Assembly (NCBI GenBank): GCA_934293375.1
Contig: CAKQYS010000003.1
Coordinates: forward strand, 70,441-134,440
DNA: 64,000 bases
Direction of reading: 5' to 3'
Source: an uncultured Lachnospiraceae bacterium
GTDB lineage: Bacteria > Bacillota > Clostridia > Lachnospirales > Lachnospiraceae
Shown here piece after piece: positions 28,706 through 38,566 of this stretch. The notes beneath the pieces are model-generated. The model worked only from the letters and a program-made list of their open reading frames with translations. It was not told the origin of the DNA and ran no database searches. Made by a program: the position numbers and the translations under genes. Position 1 is the first letter of the stretch, and the number at the start of each line of letters is the position of its first letter.

Positions 28706-30788
28706 ATTATCAATGAAAAATATTGGAAAAAGTATAAGAGATTATGCGATTTATTTCTTCACACTGATTGTGGGTGTTGCAGTGTTTTATGTGTTCAATG
28801 CGATTGAAACGCAGACAGTCATGCTGGATGTAACGAGCAGTACAAGAGAAATTATTAAACTGATGGTAAGTATGCTGTCAGGTGTCAGTGTATTTGTGTC
28901 CATTATACTTGCCTTCCTGATCGTATATGCGAGTATGTTTTTAATGAAGCGCAGAAAAAAGGAATTCGGAATCTATCTGACACTCGGTATGGGAAAGCGT
29001 AGGATTTCACTGATCCTGTTTTTTGAAACGCTTGTGATCGGTGCGGTTTCTTTGGTGGCAGGTCTGTTGTTTGGTGTGGGACTGTCACAGGTTATGAGTG
29101 TATTTGTTGCAAATATGTTTGAAGCAGACATGACAAAATTTACATTCGTATTTTCTATATCAGCCTGTAGGAAAACCATAGTATACTTTAGTATTATGTA
29201 TCTGGTGGTGATGATTTTCAATACGGTTGTTGTCAGCCGCTGCAGGCTCATTGAGCTGCTGCAGGCAGGACGATGTTCGGAACAGGTGAAGATGAAGAAT
29301 CCGTGGGTCTGCACGATCGTTTTTCTTGTCGCATCCGGCTTCCTTGGATATGCATATTATATGGTAACGGAAAAGATCATGGATATGCAGAGAATGGAGG
29401 AAATCCTAATCCCTATCGCAATTGGTATCGTGACAACATTTCTGATCTTCTGGTCACTTTCGGGTCTGTTGCTTCGGATTTTTATGGCCCTTAGAAAGAC
29501 ATATTTTAAGGGGCTTAATAGTTTTACCTTAAGGCAGATCAGCAGCAAGATCAATACAACGGTATGTGGGATGTCTATTATCTGTCTGATGTTGTTTGTG
29601 ACAATCTGTGTACTGGCATCGTGTTTGTCCCTCCGTAATTCACTGGCAATGCAGCTGGATGAACTGTGCCCTGTGGATGTTATGATCAATAAGGTCAATC
29701 AGAATACGGATGAAATAGAAGATGATCCGAATATGGATCAGGCAAAGTTTGAAGAACAGCAGCAAATGTCGATTCATGATATGTATGCAGATGCCGGAAT
29801 TCCGGTTGATACATTGCTTGCAGAAAGCGTGAGTGTACAGGAATATGAGGATGCTGCGTTTACGATGAGAGATTCGATTGGGACGGCAGCACAGCAGATG
29901 GAGAGGGAATATCCGACACTTGTCTGGGATGCGAAGGAACAGATCATATCGTTAAGTGATTATAACCGGCTGGCAACATTGTATGGAAAAAAGACTTTTA
30001 CACTGGATGACAATGAATATATTGTTGTGGCAAATTTTGGTTCTTTTGTTGGGATTCGTGATGTGGGTCTGCAGTCGGGTACAGCGATCAGGATATTTGG
30101 GCATACCTTATCTCCAAAGTATCACACCTGTGAGGATGGATTTATTGAACCTGCAAGTAACGCCTGCAACCTAGGATTTTTTGTGGTGCCGGATGCAGTT
30201 GTGAAGGATCAGAATGCCTGTGGAGAGTATCTGATCGGTAATTATGCGGCACAGACGAAGGAAGAACGATATGCTGCAGATGCACAGCTGATCGGACCGT
30301 TTGACAAGACATTGGCAGATGCACACACAAAGAAGATAGATATGCAGTATGTTGCAATCCGGACAGGGTGCAGGACAGAGGTCTGCGATTCTGCGATCGG
30401 TCTGGGTGCGATGGTTTCGTTTATCGGTCTGTATCTTGGGATTATTTTCCTGATCTCAGCAGCGGCAATTCTGGCATTAAAGGAGTTGTCAGAGAGTGCG
30501 GATAATGTGGAACGATATCAGATTCTGAGGAGATTAGGAGCAGATGAAAAGATGATTAAACATGCACTGTTTAGACAGATTGGTATTTTCTTCCTGGCAC
30601 CATTGATCTTAGCAGCGGTGCATTCTATATTTGGTATGAAATTTGCAATGATACTGTTAGAATCAGTAGGCACAAGTGTAGCCGGGATCTCCATTGTGAT
30701 CACATTGCTGGTATTAGCCTTTATTTATGGTGGGTATTTTGTACTGACCTATGTATGCAGTAAAAATATTATCAAAGAGAGAATTTAG
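28695..30788 (+). CDS. BceB-like ABC transporter permease (FtsX-type, 10 TM with a large extracellular domain)
   Basis: About 697 aa. The N-terminus MLFKLSMKNIGKSIRDY is typical of BceB-type permeases. TM1-4, a large loop of about 220 aa, then TM5-10. TAGGAGGTGA RBS. Confidence 0.85.
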   Translation: MLFKLSMKNIGKSIRDYAIYFFTLIVGVAVFYVFNAIETQTVMLDVTSSTREIIKLMVSMLSGVSVFVSIILAFLIVYASMFLMKRRKKEFGIYLTLGMGKRRISLILFFETLVIGAVSLVAGLLFGVGLSQVMSVFVANMFEADMTKFTFVFSISACRKTIVYFSIMYLVVMIFNTVVVSRCRLIELLQAGRCSEQVKMKNPWVCTIVFLVASGFLGYAYYMVTEKIMDMQRMEEILIPIAIGIVTTFLIFWSLSGLLLRIFMALRKTYFKGLNSFTLRQISSKINTTVCGMSIICLMLFVTICVLASCLSLRNSLAMQLDELCPVDVMINKVNQNTDEIEDDPNMDQAKFEEQQQMSIHDMYADAGIPVDTLLAESVSVQEYEDAAFTMRDSIGTAAQQMEREYPTLVWDAKEQIISLSDYNRLATLYGKKTFTLDDNEYIVVANFGSFVGIRDVGLQSGTAIRIFGHTLSPKYHTCEDGFIEPASNACNLGFFVVPDAVVKDQNACGEYLIGNYAAQTKEERYAADAQLIGPFDKTLADAHTKKIDMQYVAIRTGCRTEVCDSAIGLGAMVSFIGLYLGIIFLISAAAILALKELSESADNVERYQILRRLGADEKMIKHALFRQIGIFFLAPLILAAVHSIFGMKFAMILLESVGTSVAGISIVITLLVLAFIYGGYFVLTYVCSKNIIKERI

Positions 30789-30796
30789 CGAAATTA

Positions 30797-30825
30797 CTTG
30801 AACTACATAGCCTTCCTGCGTATAA
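30797..30825 (+). promoter_or_regulatory. Putative sigma-A promoter of the MATE gene
   Basis: TTGAAC - 17 nt - TATAAT. Confidence 0.65.
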
Positions 30826-30860
30826 TATGTTAAGTGATTTGACATAGCAGGAAGGTTTTT
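30810..30860 (+). terminator. Possible terminator of the bceAB-like operon, overlapping the MATE promoter and RBS
   Basis: CCTTCCTGC (30810-30818) pairs with GCAGGAAGG (30847-30855), followed by TTTTT. The 28-nt loop is unusually large. Confidence 0.35.
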
Positions 30861-30863
30861 ATT

Positions 30864-32216
30864 ATGGCAAAAGAAAAGAAAATGAATATGTTGGAAGGCT
30901 CGATCATGGACAAGCTGTTGCTATTTGCTCTGCCTCTTGCGGCAAGCAGCATATTGCAGCAGCTCTTTAATTCGGCAGATGTGGCGGTAGCCGGGAAATT
31001 TGCCGGACCGGATGCTCTGGCAGCGGTGGGCGGCAATAGTGCAGTCATCAACCTGCTCGTGAATTTATTTGTTGGTCTGTCGATCGGTGCAAATGTTGTG
31101 ATAGCGAATTATATAGGCCAGAAAAAACCGGATCAGGCAAAGGAATCTGTACATACAACGGTGGCACTGTCGATGATATGTGGGTTGATCCTGATGGTGA
31201 TCGGATTGTTTTCGGCACGGTTTATTTTGGAGCTGATCGATACCCCGGCAGAGACATTAGATGCAGCTGTATTGTATTTGAGGATCTATTTCCTGGGTAT
31301 GCCATTTATTATGTTTTATAATTTTAGTGCGGCAATTCTAAGATCTGTCGGAGATACGAAGCGTCCGCTATACTGTTTGATCGTATCCGGTATTGTAAAT
31401 GTGCTATTGAATCTGTTCTTTGTAATTGTATGCAGGATAGATGTGGCGGGTGTTGCCTTGGCGACAGTGTTGTCAAATGTGATCAGTGCAGGAATGATCC
31501 TTTATTATCTGATGCACGCTGAGGATACGATACGGTTTGAACCGGCAAGACTGAAACTTCACGGGGATCAGGTGTTAAAGATCATGCGGATTGGTATCCC
31601 TGCCGGGTTGCAAGGAATTGTATTCTCATTTTCCAATGTATGCATCCAGTCCGGGATCAACAGTCTGGGAAAGCATGCAGTTGCGGGATCTGCCGCGGCG
31701 TTGAATTATGAGTATTTTACTTATTTTGTTACGAATGCATTTGCACAGGCAGTTGTTACTTTTACCAGCCAGAATTACGCTGCAAAGGAGTACGGCCGGT
31801 GTAAACGGATATTCAGGCAGTGCATGCTGCTGGGACTTGTGATTACAGCGATGATGAGTATTATATTTGTGGGTGCAAATCAGTTCTTTATGGAGATCTA
31901 TACGAGTGATGCAGAGGCCATCCGTTTTGGTATTATCCGGTTGACACATGTTGAATTGTTAGAGTGCATGACCTGTTTGTATGAGATCAGTGGCGGAGCA
32001 CTTCGAGGTATGGGATATTCTTTGCTGCCGTCACTGATGACAGTATTTGGATGTTGTGTTGTGCGGTTGATCTGGCTGTATACTGTGTTCAAACAGTACC
32101 ATACATTTGCGGCACTGATGACTGTTTATCCGTTTTCATGGGTTGTTACAACAATTTTGGTGCTGGGTGCATATTATATTGTACGAGGACATTTATTTAG
32201 AAGAAATGCGTCTTGA
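30864..32216 (+). CDS. MATE-family efflux transporter
   Basis: 450 aa and 12 predicted TM helices. The N-terminus DKLLLFALPLAASSILQQLFNSADVAVAG is characteristic of MATE/NorM-type proteins. Confidence 0.85.
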   Translation: MAKEKKMNMLEGSIMDKLLLFALPLAASSILQQLFNSADVAVAGKFAGPDALAAVGGNSAVINLLVNLFVGLSIGANVVIANYIGQKKPDQAKESVHTTVALSMICGLILMVIGLFSARFILELIDTPAETLDAAVLYLRIYFLGMPFIMFYNFSAAILRSVGDTKRPLYCLIVSGIVNVLLNLFFVIVCRIDVAGVALATVLSNVISAGMILYYLMHAEDTIRFEPARLKLHGDQVLKIMRIGIPAGLQGIVFSFSNVCIQSGINSLGKHAVAGSAAALNYEYFTYFVTNAFAQAVVTFTSQNYAAKEYGRCKRIFRQCMLLGLVITAMMSIIFVGANQFFMEIYTSDAEAIRFGIIRLTHVELLECMTCLYEISGGALRGMGYSLLPSLMTVFGCCVVRLIWLYTVFKQYHTFAALMTVYPFSWVVTTILVLGAYYIVRGHLFRRNAS

Positions 32217-32281
32217 TTATGCGGTTTCAGCATGGTATATTTGTGGTAGGAATATAAGATAACGAAGCGGAGGAAAATACG

Positions 32282-32884
32282 ATGTACATAACATGTTTGG
32301 ATCTTGAAGGTGTATTGGTACCGGAGATTTGGATCGCATTTGCACAAGAGACAGGAATTCCGGAGCTTAAGAAGACAACAAGAGACGAGCCGGATTACGA
32401 TAAGCTGATGAATTACAGAATTGGTATTCTGAAGGAGCATGGGCTGGGACTTAAGGAGATTCAGGAGACAATTGCGAAGATTGATCCGATGCCGGGTGCC
32501 AAGGCGTTTTTAGATGAACTGCGTTCCATCTGTCAGGTGATCATTATCAGTGATACTTTTTCACAGTTTGCAGGACCGTTGATGAAGAAGCTGGGATATC
32601 CTACGATCTTTTGTAATGAGCTGGTAGTTGCTGACAGTGGTGAGATTACAGGATTTAAGATGCGTTGTGAACAGTCTAAGTTGACCACGGTAAAGGCACT
32701 GCAGTCGATTGGATATGACACGATTGCCAGTGGGGACAGCCACAATGATCTTGGCATGATCGGTGCCAGCAAGGCAGGATTTTTGTTCCGCTCTACAGAT
32801 GCTATTAAGGAAGAATACCCACAGTATCCTGCGTATGAGACATACGCAGAATTGATGGAGGCAATTAAGAAAGCAATGGTATAA
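32282..32884 (+). CDS. thrH: ThrH-type phosphoserine phosphatase / homoserine phosphotransferase (HAD superfamily)
   Basis: The N-terminus MYITCLDLEGVLVPEIWIAFAQETGI...TTRDEPDYDKLM closely resembles Pseudomonas ThrH as I remember it. HAD motifs DLEG and GDSHND are present. Confidence 0.8.
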   Translation: MYITCLDLEGVLVPEIWIAFAQETGIPELKKTTRDEPDYDKLMNYRIGILKEHGLGLKEIQETIAKIDPMPGAKAFLDELRSICQVIIISDTFSQFAGPLMKKLGYPTIFCNELVVADSGEITGFKMRCEQSKLTTVKALQSIGYDTIASGDSHNDLGMIGASKAGFLFRSTDAIKEEYPQYPAYETYAELMEAIKKAMV

Positions 32885-32902
32885 GTTCTGGAGGTGTTTG
32901 AC

Positions 32903-33205
32903 ATGACGAATATGACCAGCATGGACTGCTATATAAGTGGTTTATATTACTATTATGATAAGATTGTTTCATCACCGGGTGTGTGTGATGGAGAGGGATT
33001 TTCATTGTTATCAGATTTTAAGATAGCGCTGGATGATTTCAATCTGTTCCGTCGGAAGCCGAATTTTGACAGGCTGTGTCAGACACAGAACAGCTGGTAT
33101 GTGGATGGTTACCTGAAGGGAATACTAATACAGAATGAAATTGTGGACTATTATGATTGTATCAGTGAGTTGATGATGCGTCTGAAACGCTTATTTGGCA
33201 GATGA
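32903..33205 (+). CDS. Hypothetical protein
   Basis: GGAGGTG RBS 6 nt upstream of ATG 32903. It is followed by a strong intrinsic terminator. No motif recognised. Confidence 0.55.
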   Translation: MTNMTSMDCYISGLYYYYDKIVSSPGVCDGEGFSLLSDFKIALDDFNLFRRKPNFDRLCQTQNSWYVDGYLKGILIQNEIVDYYDCISELMMRLKRLFGR

Positions 33206-33228
33206 TTATTTTCATCAGAAAGAAATGT

Positions 33229-33261
33229 CCCTGCATCTTTAAGATGCAGGGGTATTTTTTT
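33229..33261 (+). terminator. Intrinsic terminator
   Basis: 11-bp stem CCCTGCATCTT / AAGATGCAGGG followed by a T-run. Confidence 0.8.
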
Positions 33262-33287
33262 GCATGAAAATAATCCTTGCATAAAAT
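33260..33287 (+). promoter_or_regulatory. Putative promoter of the DUF819-like membrane protein gene
   Basis: TTGCAT - 16 nt - TAAAAT, immediately after the upstream terminator. Confidence 0.45.
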
Positions 33288-33365
33288 ACATCCTTCCGTG
33301 CAAAATATTTGAAGAGGTAATCTTGAAAAGAGCTCATAATAGTATGAAAAACGAGGGAACAGAAC

Positions 33366-34544
33366 ATGATTCAAAATGGATTTATTTATATTGCGGTACT
33401 TATTTTTGTAGCGGCATTGATCGTGAATCTGCCACATATTTTTACAGGGAAAAAGGCAAAATTGTTTTTCAGTTTTGCTCCACCGATCGTATTGATGTAT
33501 CTTGGATTTATGCTTTTGTGTACCGTCCGGTTATGGAATTTAGAGACGACATCAGACACATACAGCAATCTTAAGAATCCGATTCTGTATACTATGTTAT
33601 TTTTGATGCTGCTTCGATGCGATCTGAGAAAGATTATAAAGCTGGGACCCCGAATGCTGTTTGGCTTTTTTCTCGCAACCGTTTCGATAGGACTTGGATT
33701 TATTATATCTTATTGGATGTTTGGTGGAGCACTTGGTGCAGATTCATGGAAAGCATTGGGTGCATTATGTGGAAGCTGGATGGGCGGCGGAGGCAATATG
33801 ATGGCGGTGCAGGCAGCACTGAATGTAGATGAAGCAACGATGGCATATGCACTCGTTATGGATTCTGTTTGTGCCACGATTTATGTTATGTTTCTGCTCT
33901 GGATCGTATCGCGTGCAGATCAGCTGAATGATTGGATCGGTGCAGATACCAGAAGGATTGATGAGGTTGGGATGGCACTGCAATCACAGATACAGGCTGA
34001 GGATAAGAAGCTTACATGGCAGAATATTATGATCCTGCTGGGTAGTGGTTTGCTGGCTTCCGGTTTGTGTCAGGAACTCGGGGTATGGACTTACAACTAT
34101 ATTCCCTTTTTTGACAAGACAACATGGACTGTATTGTATGTCACTCTGATCGGTGTCCTTGCGGCATTGACACCATTTGGGAAATTGAGGGGTACGGAAG
34201 AATTGTCAACAGTGTTATTGTATACTGTGATTGCATTGATTGCTTCGCGTGCAGATCTTTTAAGTATTGGAAATGCACCTATATGGCTGTTGGCAGGTTT
34301 TGTTATTTTGATCATTCATGTCTTGATCATGGTGGGTGGGGCAAAGTTGTTTCATATTGATGTTTTTACATGCTGCGTCGCCTCTCTGGCGAATGTTGGA
34401 GGAACTGCAACAGCCCCGGTATTGGCAGGTGCTTATTCCAGTGTGTTGGTTCCGGTTGGAATTATCATGGCATTGCTTGGATATGTGGTCGGAACCGGAG
34501 GTGGGCTGCTGGTGGCTGAGCTGATGCATATTATAGGAGATTGA
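33366..34544 (+). CDS. Polytopic integral membrane protein (DUF819-like, function unknown)
   Basis: 392 aa with about 10-11 hydrophobic helices and a glycine-rich segment (GSWMGGGGNMMAV). The family assignment is tentative. Confidence 0.7.
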   Translation: MIQNGFIYIAVLIFVAALIVNLPHIFTGKKAKLFFSFAPPIVLMYLGFMLLCTVRLWNLETTSDTYSNLKNPILYTMLFLMLLRCDLRKIIKLGPRMLFGFFLATVSIGLGFIISYWMFGGALGADSWKALGALCGSWMGGGGNMMAVQAALNVDEATMAYALVMDSVCATIYVMFLLWIVSRADQLNDWIGADTRRIDEVGMALQSQIQAEDKKLTWQNIMILLGSGLLASGLCQELGVWTYNYIPFFDKTTWTVLYVTLIGVLAALTPFGKLRGTEELSTVLLYTVIALIASRADLLSIGNAPIWLLAGFVILIIHVLIMVGGAKLFHIDVFTCCVASLANVGGTATAPVLAGAYSSVLVPVGIIMALLGYVVGTGGGLLVAELMHIIGD

Positions 34545-34609
34545 TATATCTGATACACTGGAAAATGAGAGGAAAATGTGATAATCTAATGCACAGAAGA
34601 TAGATTTAT

Positions 34610-34824
34610 TAGACAATTGCGAAACTCCTTGAAGATGTTGATGTTATGTGCATATTGCATAATGTATCGCAGGCACGCTCTCGCTACTTCATCACGCAGC
34701 GGTGCTAAACTCAGTCAATGCGTAGCTTGACTTCGTTAAGAACCGGCGTTCTTCAAGTACCTGCTTATACATTATGCAATATGCACATAGTCGCAATCGT
34801 AATCGAGAGTTTCGCAATTGCCTA
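34610..34824. repeat. Copy A of an approximately 215-bp long-hairpin palindromic element (MITE/REP-like or structured RNA)
   Basis: Terminal inverted repeat (G)ACAATTGCGAAACTC / GAGTTTCGCAATTG(C). An internal perfect 23-bp stem pairs 34645-34667 with 34767-34789, and further nested stems are present. TA dinucleotides flank both ends. It is near-identical to 50879-51094. Confidence 0.85.
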
Positions 34825-34855
34825 GATAAATTTATATAAACGAGGAGAGAGCGGT

Positions 34856-35398
34856 ATGAAAAAGATTTTGATTGTAGTGGATATGCAGAATGATTTTATT
34901 GATGGTCCGCTTGGAAATGCAGAGTGTCAGGCGGCCGTTCCTCATGTTGTAGATGTGATCCGGAACGGTATGTATACGAATATTATATTGACGCGGGATA
35001 CACATCAGAATAACTATTTGGAAACACAGGAAGGAAAGCATCTTCCGGTTGTGCATTGCATTGAAAATACGAATGGCTGGCAGATACATCCGGATGTGAT
35101 GCAGGCAGTGGATGAAGTGATGGGCAGGATGCCGGTGGAGCCTGTGATATTTGACAAGCCTGCATTTGGCAGTATGGAGCTGGCCGCATGGATCAGGGAA
35201 CATGTGACGCAGATGGATGAGATCGATCTTGTTGGAGTGTGTACCGGTATTTGTGTGATCAGCAATGCCATGCTTGCCAAGGCAGCAGCACCGGAGACGA
35301 AGATTTGTGTGATTGGCAAAGCGTGTGCATGTGTGACACCTGCATCTCATCAGACAGCTCTGGACGCAATGAAACTTTGCCAGATTGAGATCGTATAA
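34856..35398 (+). CDS. pncA: Nicotinamidase / isochorismatase-family hydrolase
   Basis: VVDMQNDFIDG motif and catalytic Cys context GVCTGICV. It lies directly upstream of pncB. Confidence 0.8.
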   Translation: MKKILIVVDMQNDFIDGPLGNAECQAAVPHVVDVIRNGMYTNIILTRDTHQNNYLETQEGKHLPVVHCIENTNGWQIHPDVMQAVDEVMGRMPVEPVIFDKPAFGSMELAAWIREHVTQMDEIDLVGVCTGICVISNAMLAKAAAPETKICVIGKACACVTPASHQTALDAMKLCQIEIV

Positions 35399-35434
35399 AT
35401 GGGAAAGGTAATACATAGCAGGAGGAAGAAAAGC

Positions 35435-36637
35435 ATGAAATTAAAGCCGGTTATAACAAGTCTGCTAGAAACGGATATGTATAAGTTCAGTATGGGGCAG
35501 GCAATATATCATCAGTTTAGCGATTATAAGACTACATGGACATTTAAGTGCCGCAATGAGGATGTTCATTTTACGACAGAGATGGTAGAGGAGATTAAGC
35601 AACAGATCCGGGCATATTGTGAGCTGCGGTTTACGGAAGAAGAGCTTACATATCTGCATAGTGTGACATGGATCAAAGGCAGTTATGTGGATTTTTTAAG
35701 ATTGTGGCATCCAAGGTATGAGGATTTTGAAATCGGTACGGATGGGGATAGTGGATTGTCGATCGAAACACGTGGGACATGGTTGAATACTTCTATGTAT
35801 GAGATTCCGACACTGGCAATTGTCAATGAAGTTTATTTCCGGTTAGCATATGATTATGATGATCTGTTAGTGAGCTTTCAGAAAAGGCTGGATGAAAAGA
35901 TTGCGAAGCTTGAGTCTGGGGAACATAATATTGGAGCGTTTAGTGAATTTGGTTTAAGACGCCGTTTGTCTGCAGAGGCACAGGAGCTTGCAGTTCGGAA
36001 ACTGGCTGAGCACAAATACCCTGACTCACAGTTCGTAGGAACTTCTAATGTGTATCTGGCATGGAAATATCATTTAAAGCCGGTTGGTACAATGGCACAT
36101 GAGTGGATCATGTGTGTAGGACAGGGGAATCACAAACATAATCCGGCATACTCTAACTGGTATGCGTTGGATGCGTGGGTAAAGGAATATGGTATTTTAA
36201 ATGGTATTGCTCTGACAGATGCGATCACAACAGATTGTTTTTTAAATGATTTTCAGTTGACATATGCGACATTGTTCTCAGGTGTCCGTCATGATAGCGG
36301 GGATCCGTATGAATGGGGTGAGAAGATGATCTCACATTATGAGAGCCTTGGAATAGATCCAAAGACAAAGACTTTATTATTCAGTGATGCATTGGATTTT
36401 GAGCGAGCAAGTAAGTATTATGCATATTTTCGGAACAGGGCAGGGGTGGCATTTGGAATTGGGACTTTTATTGCAAATGACACAGATGTGCCGGCGCTCA
36501 ATATCGTTATGAAAACAACAGCATGCAATGGCATGGATGTTGCGAAGATTTCTGATACGCCGGGTAAAGGCATGTGTCAGAACCCGGATTATGTCCACTA
36601 TCTGAAGCGGTGTATTGACTGGCGTATGCGCCATTAG
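35435..36637 (+). CDS. pncB: Nicotinate phosphoribosyltransferase
   Basis: N-terminal LLETDMYKFSMGQ and the MAHEW segment. Size is about 400 aa. AGGAGGAAG RBS. Confidence 0.85.
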   Translation: MKLKPVITSLLETDMYKFSMGQAIYHQFSDYKTTWTFKCRNEDVHFTTEMVEEIKQQIRAYCELRFTEEELTYLHSVTWIKGSYVDFLRLWHPRYEDFEIGTDGDSGLSIETRGTWLNTSMYEIPTLAIVNEVYFRLAYDYDDLLVSFQKRLDEKIAKLESGEHNIGAFSEFGLRRRLSAEAQELAVRKLAEHKYPDSQFVGTSNVYLAWKYHLKPVGTMAHEWIMCVGQGNHKHNPAYSNWYALDAWVKEYGILNGIALTDAITTDCFLNDFQLTYATLFSGVRHDSGDPYEWGEKMISHYESLGIDPKTKTLLFSDALDFERASKYYAYFRNRAGVAFGIGTFIANDTDVPALNIVMKTTACNGMDVAKISDTPGKGMCQNPDYVHYLKRCIDWRMRH

Positions 36638-36694
36638 TTTGTATTGTTAAGTAGATTTCCAATTGCGCAGAAGCAATTTTAGAAAGGAATCAGC

Positions 36695-37240
36695 ATGAAT
36701 ATAGAATTGTGGATTTTGGATGCCTTGCAGGGGTTACATAGTCCGATTATGGACAGAGTGATGGTCGGGATCAGTACACTGGGAAATGCGGGCATGATAT
36801 GGATCCTGTTGGCAGTTGTATTGCTGATTAGAAAGAAAACGAGACCACTTGGCTGTGTGCTGGCAGTATCATTGTTTGTGGATGTGATTCTGTGTAATGC
36901 AATTCTGAAGAATTTGTTTGCCAGACCGAGACCTTTTACTGTGAACACGATGGTGGATCTGTTGGTGGCAAAACCGAAAGATTATTCATTTCCATCAGGA
37001 CATACAGCGGCATCCTTTACGGCTGTGTTTGCATTATGGTGTGCAAAAGAACGGCATGGGCTATTTTGGAGCACTCTTGGACTTGCAGTTTTGATCGCGT
37101 TTTCAAGAATGTATTTATATGTGCATTATCCGACAGATATTCTTGGCGGTGTGCTTGTGGGAGGTATTGCAGGATATGCCGGTGCGAGGATTGTTGAAAT
37201 GATTCGAAATAAAGTGATGAAGACTCAAGCAGAGAAGTAA
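36695..37240 (+). CDS. PAP2-family phosphatase (undecaprenyl-diphosphatase-like)
   Basis: Acid-phosphatase motifs KNLFARPRP, PSGH and SRMYLYVHYPTD within a 6-TM protein. Confidence 0.85.
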   Translation: MNIELWILDALQGLHSPIMDRVMVGISTLGNAGMIWILLAVVLLIRKKTRPLGCVLAVSLFVDVILCNAILKNLFARPRPFTVNTMVDLLVAKPKDYSFPSGHTAASFTAVFALWCAKERHGLFWSTLGLAVLIAFSRMYLYVHYPTDILGGVLVGGIAGYAGARIVEMIRNKVMKTQAEK

Positions 37241-37276
37241 TGAATAAAAATGTGGATAACGAAGGAGGAACTAGTA

Positions 37277-38437
37277 ATGCGTAATGTAACAATTTCAGAT
37301 GCGATCCGTTATATCGGAGTGGATGACACGACAATTGATTTGTTTGAGAGTCAGTACATAGTACCAAACGGTGTATCTTATAATTCTTATGTGATCTTAG
37401 ATGAGAAGATCGCGGTTATGGACACCGTAGATGCGAGAAAAACAGAGGAATGGTTTGCAAATTTGGATCAGGTGTTAGATGGAAAGATCCCGGACTATCT
37501 TATCGTATCACATCTTGAACCGGATCATTCCGGCAATATCAAACTGTTTGCGGAGAAATATCCAAAGACACAGCTGGTGATGAGTGTGAAGGCAAAGGCA
37601 ATGCTGCCACAGTTTTTTGAGATTGCAGATCTGGACAGCCGTTGTATGACGGTAGCAGAGGGTGACGAACTGACGCTCGGCGTACATAAGCTCCGTTTTA
37701 TACTTGCGCCGATGGTGCACTGGCCGGAGGTGATGGTGGAATACGAGAGTACAGAGAAGGTTCTGTTCTCTGCAGATGGCTTCGGCAAGTTCGGTGCCCT
37801 TTCTGTCGATGAGGACTGGGCATGTGAGGCAAGACGATATTACTTTAATATTGTTGGCAAATATGGTGCACCGGTACAGACATTACTGAAGAAGGCAGCT
37901 GCACTGGATATTCAGACAATCTGTCCGCTGCATGGCCCTATTCTGAAAGAGAATCTGCCGTATTACATAGGGAAATATCAGACATGGAGCAGTTATGCAC
38001 CTGAGGATGAGGGTGTTTTGGTGGCATGTGCTTCAATTCATGGCAATACGAAGGTGGCAGCACAAAAGCTTGTAGAAATATTAAAGAAAAAGGGTGTGAA
38101 GGTTGCTTTTACTGATCTGACTAGGGATGATATGGCAGAGGCGATTGAGGATGCATTCCGATACAGCAGTATGATTGTAGCCGCTGCGAGCTATGATGGG
38201 GGAGTGTTCCCGCCGATGGAGGATTTTCTGCATCGCTTGTCACATAAGATGTATCAGAACCGTAAGGTTGGAATTCTGGAAAATGGATCATGGGGTCCAA
38301 CTGCTGCCAGAAGTATGAAGGCGGTTTTAGATACCATGAAAAATGTGACTGTGTGTGAAACGGTAGTGACGATCCGTTCTACGATGAAAGAAGCTGATCT
38401 TGCTGCGATGGAGAAGCTGGCAGAGGAGATTTTGTAG
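37277..38437 (+). CDS. FprA-type flavodiiron protein (metallo-beta-lactamase-like plus flavodoxin-like domains)
   Basis: Di-iron ligand motif SHLEPDHSG (HxExDH). The C-terminal flavodoxin-like half contains VLVACASIHGNT. GAAGGAGG RBS. Confidence 0.85.
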   Translation: MRNVTISDAIRYIGVDDTTIDLFESQYIVPNGVSYNSYVILDEKIAVMDTVDARKTEEWFANLDQVLDGKIPDYLIVSHLEPDHSGNIKLFAEKYPKTQLVMSVKAKAMLPQFFEIADLDSRCMTVAEGDELTLGVHKLRFILAPMVHWPEVMVEYESTEKVLFSADGFGKFGALSVDEDWACEARRYYFNIVGKYGAPVQTLLKKAAALDIQTICPLHGPILKENLPYYIGKYQTWSSYAPEDEGVLVACASIHGNTKVAAQKLVEILKKKGVKVAFTDLTRDDMAEAIEDAFRYSSMIVAAASYDGGVFPPMEDFLHRLSHKMYQNRKVGILENGSWGPTAARSMKAVLDTMKNVTVCETVVTIRSTMKEADLAAMEKLAEEIL

Positions 38438-38517
38438 GTAAAGTGATGGCTGTTATCATCAATAAAGACCAGATAACAGCCAATGACAGGTTTTTATATC
38501 GGAGACATTGGATTATA

Positions 38518-38547
38518 AGAGGGTGAATTGATATCACCCTCTTTTTC
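38518..38547 (+). terminator. Intrinsic terminator after the flavodiiron gene
   Basis: AGAGGGTGA - 7-nt loop - TCACCCTCT followed by TTTT. Confidence 0.75.
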
Positions 38548-38566
38548 GTGTGTATTGAAGATGTGA

